Of a stretch of 64,000 bases of DNA, positions 56,454 through 64,000 are shown piece after piece (the stretch's first letter is position 1; each line of letters opens with the position of its first letter). Made by a program: the position numbers and the translations under genes. The notes beneath the pieces are model-generated. The model was given only the letters and a program-made list of their open reading frames with translations. It was not told where the DNA came from and ran no database searches. Origin of the DNA: an uncultured Desulfatiglans sp. (lineage in GTDB: Bacteria; Desulfobacterota; DSM-4660; Desulfatiglandales; HGW-15); NCBI GenBank assembly GCA_964460435.1, contig CAYWRH010000002.1, positions 15,500-79,499 of the forward strand, written 5' to 3'.

Positions 56454-57110
56454 TTACTCTTTATTATTTTCTTCACATGCCCCCTGGAAGGTTCCGTCAG
56501 GGATGTTATCATCAGATGCACCCTTGCTGATAACAACCATGGCAGGTCTTATTAATCTTTGATTAAGAAGGTAACCCTTCTGGAACTCCTTAAGTATCTT
56601 GCCCTTTTCCACACTGTCGCTAATCTCCTGCTGCACAGCATGATGAAGGCACGGATCAAAATCTTCACCAATGGTTTTTACCTCGGAAAGGCCAGCCTTT
56701 GAAAGAATTTCCTTCAACCCCTTGAGTGTAAGCTCTACCCCTTCTATGTGGGCATTATATGATTGTTCATTACAGGAATGGCTTAGTGCGCTTTCAAGGT
56801 TGTCAATAACCTGAAGCAGCTCTTTTATGAGCGCCTCATTTGCATACTTATACCACTCCTCTTTATCCTTTTTGTTCCTCTTTATAATATTTTCTATCTC
56901 TGCCTGTGAGCGGAGATATTTGTCATAATAATTCCTTGATTCTTCCTTGAGCTCCTCTATCTTTTTTAGGAGATCTTCCCTTGAGACCTCTTCAGGAGTA
57001 ATTTCCGGGGCATCCTCTCCATCTTTTTCTGATGCAAAACCCTCTTTTGTTTCCGGTTCATCTCTCTTGTCATCAATTTTTTTACTCTTATCCACTAAAT
57101 CCCTGTTCAT
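56454..57110 (-). CDS. grpE: nucleotide exchange factor GrpE
   Basis: 218 aa with an acidic N-terminus, a coiled coil and the C-terminal beta-domain motif (KGYLLNQRLIRPAMVVISK). It lies directly upstream of dnaK. Confidence 0.93.
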   Translation of the reverse strand: MNRDLVDKSKKIDDKRDEPETKEGFASEKDGEDAPEITPEEVSREDLLKKIEELKEESRNYYDKYLRSQAEIENIIKRNKKDKEEWYKYANEALIKELLQVIDNLESALSHSCNEQSYNAHIEGVELTLKGLKEILSKAGLSEVKTIGEDFDPCLHHAVQQEISDSVEKGKILKEFQKGYLLNQRLIRPAMVVISKGASDDNIPDGTFQGACEENNKE

Positions 57111-57169
57111 AATCCCTGCGAATGACTCCTTAATTTGATCTGATAAAAGGCCTGTGAAAAACCTCTGAT

Positions 57170-57198
57170 ACCTTAAGCATCTGGTTTTGCTTTGTCAA
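57170..57198 (-). promoter_or_regulatory. candidate promoter of grpE-dnaK
   Basis: On the minus strand: TTGACA (57198-57193), a 17-nt spacer, then TAAGGT (57175-57170), ~60 nt upstream of grpE. No CIRCE element was seen. Confidence 0.35.
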
Positions 57199-57218
57199 GG
57201 CAGGGGGATAAAGCTTTA

Positions 57219-58118
57219 TTAATAATTCAGCCCCTTTCCTGTAAGCCTTTCAAGTGCCTCCAAATATTTTTCGCGGGTCTTTTCAATAACCTCAGATGGG
57301 AGTCTGGGTGGAGGAGGTGTCTTGGGCCAGTCAAGGCCGTTCAAATAATCCCTGAGGTACTGCTTGTCAAAACTCTTCTGGGCGCCTCCGGGTTTATAAC
57401 TGTCCATCGGCCAGAAACGGGATGAATCAGGTGTGAGCACCTCATCAATAAGTATGAGCTTACCCTCTATAAAACCGAACTCAAACTTTGTGTCAGCAAT
57501 TATTATCCCCTTTTCCCTTGCGTATTCTCTGCCGCTTTCATAGATTGTGAGGCTGTAATCCCTGATCTTTTCTGCGGTATCTTTCCCAAGTAGACTGACG
57601 GCCTTTTCAAAGGAGATATTCTCGTCATGCTCCCCCTGCTCTGCCTTTGTCGAGGGTGTAAAGATTGGCTCGGGCAGGATTTCAGACTCCTTAAGCCCCC
57701 TGGGTAGCGGGATGCCGCATACAGCGCCGCTCTTTTGATAATCATTCCAGCCTGAACCAGAGATATAACCCCTTACAATACACTCTACCGGGAGGGGCTT
57801 TGCCTTTTTAACAAGCATGCTTCTGCCGGCAAGATCATTTTTATATTTCCTTAATGGCTCAGGGTATTCATCAGGGTCAGTAGATATAATATGGTTTTCA
57901 ACAATATCTTTGAGCCTTTCAAACCAGAAAAGGGAGATGGTTGTAAGTATCCTGCCCTTGTCAGGCACAGGGTCATCCATTACAACATCAAAGGCGGATA
58001 TACGGTCGCTCGCCACAATAAGGAGCCTATCCCCCATATCATAAACATCCCTTACCTTTCCGCGCCTTACAGCGCCTATATCCTTAAAGTCAGTTCTGGT
58101 TATTACATTGCCGGCCAT
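57219..58118 (-). CDS. purC: phosphoribosylaminoimidazole-succinocarboxamide synthase
   Basis: 299 aa, long-form SAICAR synthetase, with GKVRDVY and DTKFEFG motifs. Confidence 0.95.
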   Translation of the reverse strand: MAGNVITRTDFKDIGAVRRGKVRDVYDMGDRLLIVASDRISAFDVVMDDPVPDKGRILTTISLFWFERLKDIVENHIISTDPDEYPEPLRKYKNDLAGRSMLVKKAKPLPVECIVRGYISGSGWNDYQKSGAVCGIPLPRGLKESEILPEPIFTPSTKAEQGEHDENISFEKAVSLLGKDTAEKIRDYSLTIYESGREYAREKGIIIADTKFEFGFIEGKLILIDEVLTPDSSRFWPMDSYKPGGAQKSFDKQYLRDYLNGLDWPKTPPPPRLPSEVIEKTREKYLEALERLTGKGLNY

Positions 58119-58242
58119 TTCTACCTCCCTGAAGTATGTTGTTAATTGTTAAAGAGGGGGTATAATTTCCTATTTGGGTTTTAATGTCAAGAAAGGTGAT
58201 TGGCGCTCCAGGCTTTTTTTACACCCTGCCTCTTTTCATGAA

Positions 58243-58271
58243 TTGACATAATTTATGCAAAATTTTATAAT
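58243..58271 (+). promoter_or_regulatory. consensus sigma70 promoter for the SBP/sensor-kinase operon
   Basis: TTGACA (58243-58248), an exact 17-nt spacer, then TATAAT (58266-58271). It lies ~115 nt upstream of the ATG at 58386. Confidence 0.6.
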
Positions 58272-58385
58272 CTCAAACAAATCTTGGTTAAGCAATTATT
58301 TCAGCCTATAATTTAATAAAAAGTAGTTGCTTTTCCGAATTGTTCCATGCCTGTGTAAGTTTTGCTATCTATATTAGAGGCTTTC

Positions 58386-60002
58386 ATGCTTTTCAGGGTT
58401 GCCTGGTGTTTAAGGGGGTCAGGGGTGGCACATGGTATAGGGGATCAGTGCTTATGCATTTTTTTCCTTGAATGCCTTCTCTTTATTATCTCATTAACTG
58501 CCCATGCAACAGAGGCCCCTGATACAGCCGAAAAAAATAACCGCCTGGTGATCTGCATTCAGGAGGATGTTGAGTCAATGGACCCTGTAAACCATCGCAG
58601 CAGGAATACCCAGATTGTCCTGAAGAACATCTTTGACAGCCTCACTGCCAGGGATGCAGGCAACAGGGTAGTCCCTCAGCTTGCAAGCGGCTGGAAAACC
58701 TTAAGTGAAACTGACTGGGAGTTCACGCTGCGTAAGGGTGTAAAATTTCATAACGGTGACAATCTTACGGCATCTGATGTCGTCTTCACTATAAATCGTG
58801 TTGTTAACTCGCCCCTGACCGGGTTTCCCCCCTCTCCGAGAAAAGGGCTTTTTTTGCCTGTAAAAGAGGTGCGTGCAGGTGGCGACTATACTGTATTAAT
58901 AAAAACATACTTTCCATGGCCTAACCTGCCCCTTATGCTTTCGCTCCAGGAGATTGTGCCTGAAAAATATATGAAAAGGGCAGGAGCAGAAGGGTTCAAT
59001 CAAAGGCCCATAGGCACAGGGCCATATAAATTTGTCAGCAGAAAAAAGGGTGCAGAGATCACTCTTGTATCTTTTGATGATTATTATGGTGGCCCCCCTG
59101 AACTCCCGCCTGTTCAGGCTGCCCCGGTTAAAGATCTTGTTTTCAGGGTTGTGCCTTCATACATTGAGCAGGTTTCAATGCTTAAAAGGAGGGATTGCAA
59201 CATAATATTCAACATCCCGTCAGACCTGCTCCCTGTGCTCATGATGTCAAAAGATGTTGTCATACAAAGCATTGCCGCTACAAGGGCCGTTTTTGCGGAG
59301 ATTAACCTCTCGCGACATTACTTCAAGGATAAAAGGGTAAGGATTGCCCTGAACCATGCTGTTGATGTGGAGACAATAATAAAACAGAAATTCATGGGAA
59401 AGGGTAAGAGGCTCTCTACTATTTTTCTGCCGAATACAACCGGTTTCGATCCCGGGCTTGCGGCCTATACATATGACCCTCAGACTGCTAAAGGTCTCCT
59501 CTCTGAGGCAAACTTTCCATATGGGCAGACATTATTGATATACACAAGCCAGAGCGAACTGCTCTTTGCCGATGGCATATCACTCTATCTTACAAAACTG
59601 GGCATAAAAAACAGGGTTAAGGTTGTAAGCAATGCAAGGCCAGACATGACAGGCGCAGATGCCCCCTGGGATATCTTTGTGGGCTCATGGGGCAATTCCA
59701 CCCTTGATCCAATGGACATTATTGATCCCAAGCTAAAAAGCAACGGGTCTGCAAATTATTCAGGTTTTATTTCAGGCGAACTTGATATGATAATGGAGAA
59801 GGTTCAGAAAACCATGTCCGCCCCTCTCAGAAAGGAGTATTTAAAAAGGATACAGAGGATAATCTTTGATGAGGTCCCCATGATATTCGGATATGGGCCT
59901 GATGAATTCTATGCGGTCACATCAAATGTGAAAAATTTTCACCCCTCCCTATCGGGCATGCTTGAAATGCATGATGTCATCATAGAGGAACAGGAGAGAT
60001 GA
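58386..60002 (+). CDS. ABC-transporter family 5 (peptide/nickel type) solute-binding protein
   Basis: ATG 58386 is preceded by AGAGG; the track ORF starts at TTG 58362. Signal peptide ends ...SLTAHA. The SBP_bac_5-like pattern runs throughout (GTGPYKF...). Confidence 0.85.
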   Translation: MLFRVAWCLRGSGVAHGIGDQCLCIFFLECLLFIISLTAHATEAPDTAEKNNRLVICIQEDVESMDPVNHRSRNTQIVLKNIFDSLTARDAGNRVVPQLASGWKTLSETDWEFTLRKGVKFHNGDNLTASDVVFTINRVVNSPLTGFPPSPRKGLFLPVKEVRAGGDYTVLIKTYFPWPNLPLMLSLQEIVPEKYMKRAGAEGFNQRPIGTGPYKFVSRKKGAEITLVSFDDYYGGPPELPPVQAAPVKDLVFRVVPSYIEQVSMLKRRDCNIIFNIPSDLLPVLMMSKDVVIQSIAATRAVFAEINLSRHYFKDKRVRIALNHAVDVETIIKQKFMGKGKRLSTIFLPNTTGFDPGLAAYTYDPQTAKGLLSEANFPYGQTLLIYTSQSELLFADGISLYLTKLGIKNRVKVVSNARPDMTGADAPWDIFVGSWGNSTLDPMDIIDPKLKSNGSANYSGFISGELDMIMEKVQKTMSAPLRKEYLKRIQRIIFDEVPMIFGYGPDEFYAVTSNVKNFHPSLSGMLEMHDVIIEEQER

Positions 60003-62443
60003 AACTGCTCAGGATTATATTTAAGGATCGCAGCCTGTGGTATAAGCTCATGTTCCCTTCAGTGATCCCTGTAATGCTTGTTATTATAATCATAATTGTC
60101 ATACTGATCGGGTCATTTGAAAAATTGATGCTAAGGGAAGAGGAAGGCAGGGCTGATGCCCTTGTCAACCTGACACGTCTTTCAATGTCTAATGGCTTTG
60201 TCATCTATAACAAGGAGTTATTGGACAACTTTGTGGATGGCCTCGGAAAGATTGATGAGGTGAATCTTGCCCTGATTGTTGACAGTGCAGACAACCGGGT
60301 TCTTGCACATTCAGACCACGCCTTTGATGGAAATCTTCTTTCAGAACTCCCCGCAAATATGCGATCAGCCCTGGATACAGGCGATAGCAAGGTTATGGCA
60401 TCAGGCATGGAGAATAAGGGGTTGCTGTATACAAAATCCGCGCCTGTTATTATTGATGGCAAACAATATGCAACTATCTACATAATATTTTCATTTGATA
60501 GGGCACACGCAAAACTGCTCTCATTTAAACATAAAGTCATAAACATTAGCATTATTGCGATTCTTACAGCCATTGCCCTGGCCCATATAGCCGCCAAAAG
60601 GATCAGCGCCCCGATACATAAACTGGCCTCACATGCGGAACTCGCAGGGAAGGGAAGGTTTGATTACTCTCTTCAATATGATAGCAAGGATGCAATTGGC
60701 CAGCTTATCGATGCATTTAACCAGATGTTTGATAAAATAAAGATAAAGCAGACCCAGCTGACCGCCATAAACAGGATAGCCGATATTGTCTACAGCACCC
60801 TTGATATCAACACTGTGGCCGAGCGCGCAGTAAAGGCAATGATGGAGTACAGCAAATCCACAGCCGTGGCCTTTTTTCGGCTTAACAATGAAAGAAGAGA
60901 GCTTGAATTGCTTTATTCAGAAGGATTCAGTGAAAACACCCTTAAAAAGGCTGCCATCCTGCCTCTTGACGGCTCCCTTACAGGCAGGACAGTTAAGGAA
61001 AGAGAGGTGCTCTTTTCAACAGATATTGTCTCGGATCAAAGGGTTGAAAATGGCGTGCGTGATGCCCTCATACAGGAAAAGATGGTAAGTGTCTATTCAG
61101 TCCCCATACTTGCAAGGGAGGAGGTGCTTGGGGCAATGAATCTGATCCACAAGACAAGGTTTACAATAGACGAGCTTGAAAGGGAAACCCTTATGTCTAT
61201 CGGCAAGACTATTGGCCTTGCCCTGTCAAACGCCATCCAGGTCGCACGTATACAAAAGGAGATTAGGGAGCGCATGGAGGCTGAAGAGGCCCTCAAGGAA
61301 AGCGAGCTTAAGTACCGCAATGTAGTTGAAAGGGCAAATGACGGGATTATCATCCTGCAGGACGGGATCATCAGATATGCAAATCCACGTATTATAGGGT
61401 TATCAGGAGAGACTGAGAAGGATTTTGTGGGTCAGCCTTTTTCCGCATACCTTCACCCTGATGCAAAGAAAAATGTGATAGACTTTTACAACCGCAGGAT
61501 GCGAGGGGATTTGCCGGAGAGCATATATGAGACGATCCTTTTAAGAAAGGATGGCCAGGAGATATATGCAGAGGTAAATGCGGGCAGGATAACCTATGAG
61601 GATAAGCCGGCAGACCTTGTTATTATAAGGGATATTACCGAACGAAAACGGGCTCAGGAGGAGCTTATAAGGGCCTATGACCTTCTTGAGATAAAGGTGG
61701 CGGAGCGCACAAAAGAACTGGCAATCGCAAAGGAGCGGGCTGAAGAGGCGGACAGGCTTAAATCCGCCTTCCTGGCCTCCATGTCACATGAACTGCGCAC
61801 GCCCCTTAATTCCATAATCGGTTTTACAGGCATTATCCTTCAGAAACTTGTTGGCCCCCTGAATGATGAACAGGCAAAACAGCTTAATATGGTACAGGAA
61901 AGCGCACAGCACCTCTTAAGCCTGATAAATGATGTGCTTGACCTTTCAAAGATAGAGGCAGGCCAGCTTAATGTGGCCTCTGAACAGGTGGATATGGCTC
62001 ATGTTATAGGCCAGGTGATAAAAACAGTATCGCCAATGGCCTTAAAAAAAGGGCTCCTGCTGGAAGGCATAATATCCGATTCTATCCCTGTTGTAATGAG
62101 CGACAGGCGCCGCGCTGAGCAGATATTGCTGAATCTTGTCAACAACGCCATTAAATTTACTGAGAAAGGCGGTGTAAAAATAGTATGCAGGGCTGAAGAT
62201 CAGCGAATTATAACAGAGATAATTGACACAGGTATTGGAATTGCCGCCGAAGATATGAATAAGCTCTTCAGGGCCTTTCAGCAGATTGAAACCGGCCTTT
62301 CCAGAAAATATGAAGGCACAGGGCTCGGGCTTTCTATCTGCAGAAAACTGGCAGAACTGCTTGGAGGAGAGATAAGCGCATATAGTGACGGCCCTGGCAG
62401 GGGCGCAAAATTTACATTTATTCTACCTTTAAGGGAGAGATAA
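59999..62443 (+). CDS. sensor histidine kinase (TM/extracytoplasmic-HAMP-GAF-PAS-HisKA-HATPase)
   Basis: 814 aa with H-box SHELRTPLN, N-box LLNLVNNAIKFT and G-boxes DTGIGI and GTGLGLSI. Its start overlaps the upstream stop (ATGA). Confidence 0.9.
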   Translation: MKLLRIIFKDRSLWYKLMFPSVIPVMLVIIIIIVILIGSFEKLMLREEEGRADALVNLTRLSMSNGFVIYNKELLDNFVDGLGKIDEVNLALIVDSADNRVLAHSDHAFDGNLLSELPANMRSALDTGDSKVMASGMENKGLLYTKSAPVIIDGKQYATIYIIFSFDRAHAKLLSFKHKVINISIIAILTAIALAHIAAKRISAPIHKLASHAELAGKGRFDYSLQYDSKDAIGQLIDAFNQMFDKIKIKQTQLTAINRIADIVYSTLDINTVAERAVKAMMEYSKSTAVAFFRLNNERRELELLYSEGFSENTLKKAAILPLDGSLTGRTVKEREVLFSTDIVSDQRVENGVRDALIQEKMVSVYSVPILAREEVLGAMNLIHKTRFTIDELERETLMSIGKTIGLALSNAIQVARIQKEIRERMEAEEALKESELKYRNVVERANDGIIILQDGIIRYANPRIIGLSGETEKDFVGQPFSAYLHPDAKKNVIDFYNRRMRGDLPESIYETILLRKDGQEIYAEVNAGRITYEDKPADLVIIRDITERKRAQEELIRAYDLLEIKVAERTKELAIAKERAEEADRLKSAFLASMSHELRTPLNSIIGFTGIILQKLVGPLNDEQAKQLNMVQESAQHLLSLINDVLDLSKIEAGQLNVASEQVDMAHVIGQVIKTVSPMALKKGLLLEGIISDSIPVVMSDRRRAEQILLNLVNNAIKFTEKGGVKIVCRAEDQRIITEIIDTGIGIAAEDMNKLFRAFQQIETGLSRKYEGTGLGLSICRKLAELLGGEISAYSDGPGRGAKFTFILPLRER

Positions 62444-62445
62444 TC

Positions 62446-62808
62446 ATGTCAGAAACCGTGCTTGTTATTGAGGATAATGAACAGAACATGTACCTGATGA
62501 ATTTCATACTTGAAAAAAACGGCTTCAGGGTGATAAAGGCAATGGATGGACAGGAGGGGATAGAGCTTGCATGCCGTGAAATCCCTGACATCATCCTCCT
62601 TGACATCCAGCTGCCGCGCATGGATGGTTATGAGGTGGCAAGAAATCTCAGAAAGTCAGCAGATTTAAAAGATGTGCCCATAATAGCGGTTACCTCCTAT
62701 GCAATGGTTGGGGACAGGGAAAAGGCAATAGCTGCCGGATGCACCGGTTATATTGAAAAACCTATCAACCCCGGAACCTTTGTTGATGAGATAAAAAGAT
62801 ATCTGTAA
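62446..62808 (+). CDS. single-domain response regulator (CheY-like receiver)
   Basis: 120 aa with the DD-less variant EDNEQN, phospho-acceptor context ILLDIQLPRMDG, and conserved T and K (VTSYA, KP). Confidence 0.9.
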   Translation: MSETVLVIEDNEQNMYLMNFILEKNGFRVIKAMDGQEGIELACREIPDIILLDIQLPRMDGYEVARNLRKSADLKDVPIIAVTSYAMVGDREKAIAAGCTGYIEKPINPGTFVDEIKRYL

Positions 62809-62836
62809 TAAACTGCGATTTTGAAAGGTGATTATT

Positions 62837-64000
62837 ATGGAAAGAATACTGGTTGTAGATGACAATAAGCAGAACATATATATGGCCGAGATACTGTATG
62901 CAGGAAACGGTTATGAGGTTGAGACAGCGTCAAATGGGAAAGAGGCCCTGGAAAAGGCGCGGGCCAACCCGCCTGACCTGCTTATTTCAGATATCCTTAT
63001 GCCCGTTATGGATGGTTTTGCACTGTGCCGTGAGTGGCGAAAGGATGAAAAGCTCAAAAATATCCCCTTTGTCTTCTACACTGCCACCTATACTGAACCT
63101 GAGGACGAGCAGTTTGCCCTTAGCCTTGGCGCTGACCGGTTTATAAAGAAACCGCTTGATACAATTGAACTGATCAGGATCACGAAAGAGCTGATAAACA
63201 AGAAAGAAACAGGATCATACCCTGATAAGGAGCTGGAATCCCCTCATGAAGAGGTCTATCTGAGGCTTTACAACCAGGCGCTTGTGCACAAACTTGAGGA
63301 TAAGATCTTTCAGCTTGAAGAGGCAAACAAAAGGCTTGAGCATGAAATTAGGGAGCGTCAATATGCAGAACAGAAGCTGTACAGTTACGAGAAACAGATC
63401 GCCCAGTCGCAAAAGATGGAGGCATTAGGCAGCCTAGCAGGAGGCATAGCCCATGACTTTAATAATATCCTTATGGCAATAATGGCCCATGCGGAACTGG
63501 CGCTTCTAGACGGAAATGAAAATATTCCCAACAGTAAAAATATTGAACAGATACAGGTGGCATGCAACAGGGCAAAGGAGCTTATTAACCAGATACTCAC
63601 ATTCAGCAGGCAGGCCGGCATGGAAAAAAGGCCGATCAGGATAAGCGCTATAGCCCAGGAGGTGCTCAAGCTTATCAAATCCTCCCTTCCTCCCGGCATA
63701 GAGATAAAACAAAGGATCGATAGTGAATCGCAGGTGTTAGCTAATCCGACACAGATATATCAGGTGCTGATAAACCTCTGCACTAACGCCAGCCATGCAA
63801 TTAAAGAGAAAGAGGGGATTATTGAGATACGGTTATCTGATTGTATGATTGATAACCCCGAAGAACCTGCGCTTAAGGGGCTTGCTCCCGGAAGATATCA
63901 GAAGCTGGAGGTGATTGATAATGGGTGCGGGATAAAGGAGGATGATCTTGAGGAGATATTCGCCCCCTACTTTACAACCAGAAAGGAGGAGGGCGGCACA
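62837..64000 (+). CDS. hybrid response regulator-histidine kinase (3' end outside window)
   Basis: ATG 62837 opens 388 codons that run to the window edge, so it is absent from the ORF track. The receiver is [13 protein letters not shown]...[12 protein letters not shown]. The H-box [11 protein letters not shown] and ATPase N-box [11 protein letters not shown] follow. Confidence 0.85.
   Translation, partial: MERILVVDDNKQNIYMAEILYAGNGYEVETASNGKEALEKARANPPDLLISDILMPVMDGFALCREWRKDEKLKNIPFVFYTATYTEPEDEQFALSLGADRFIKKPLDTIELIRITKELINKKETGSYPDKELESPHEEVYLRLYNQALVHKLEDKIFQLEEANKRLEHEIRERQYAEQKLYSYEKQIAQSQKMEALGSLAGGIAHDFNNILMAIMAHAELALLDGNENIPNSKNIEQIQVACNRAKELINQILTFSRQAGMEKRPIRISAIAQEVLKLIKSSLPPGIEIKQRIDSESQVLANPTQIYQVLINLCTNASHAIKEKEGIIEIRLSDCMIDNPEEPALKGLAPGRYQKLEVIDNGCGIKEDDLEEIFAPYFTTRKEEGGT

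Noticed and set aside
1-64000. A scan of the intergenic regions for tRNA, rRNA, tmRNA, riboswitch-like leaders, IS elements and integrases.
   Set aside because: I found no cloverleaf-compatible GTTCGAATC-type T-arm motifs, no rRNA-like stretches, no transposase or integrase ORFs and no recognisable riboswitch cores. This was done by eye only; tRNAscan and Infernal would be definitive.

Overview
The gene content of this 64-kb window points to a Desulfobacterota-type (deltaproteobacterial) chromosome, but that assignment is my inference. Most of it is core housekeeping. It includes trxB-trxA-bamD, alaS-recA, and a 12-kb minus-strand envelope-biogenesis supercluster (lysS-lolCD-bamA-skp-lpxD-fabZ-lpxA-lpxI-oxidoreductase-lpxB). 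It also includes dapL, rsmE, bioAFDB, grpE-dnaK, purC and a sensor-kinase/response-regulator array. Three accessory segments interrupt this core. (1) A Type I restriction-modification island (6181-15919) lies between recA and lpxB. Four-helix-bundle (23S-IVS-type) gene cassettes, bracketed by inverted GTGAATGG/CCATTCAC octamer arrays, have entered its intercistronic junctions. One copy is internally deleted, and its 3' end now supplies the hsdR start codon. The island also carries an AlbA_2/Schlafen-like gene and an M48/DUF45 peptidase gene coupled to hsdR. (2) A small islet (33374-39137) holds toxin-antitoxin-like and orphan genes. One of them is a nucleotidyltransferase two-gene cassette flanked by 70-bp direct repeats that duplicate the bioA promoter region. 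(3) A tightly coupled three-gene operon (43271-47716) encodes an ExeA-like AAA ATPase, an HD-GYP protein whose HD dyad reads EN, and a Wzz/BY-kinase-like protein. The last has a Walker-A Lys-to-Arg change and ends in a third transmembrane helix plus two SPOR domains instead of a tyrosine cluster. This operon is my best candidate for an undescribed envelope system. I found no rRNA, tRNA, CRISPR array, transposase or integrase. All family assignments come from motif reading and memory, not from searches.
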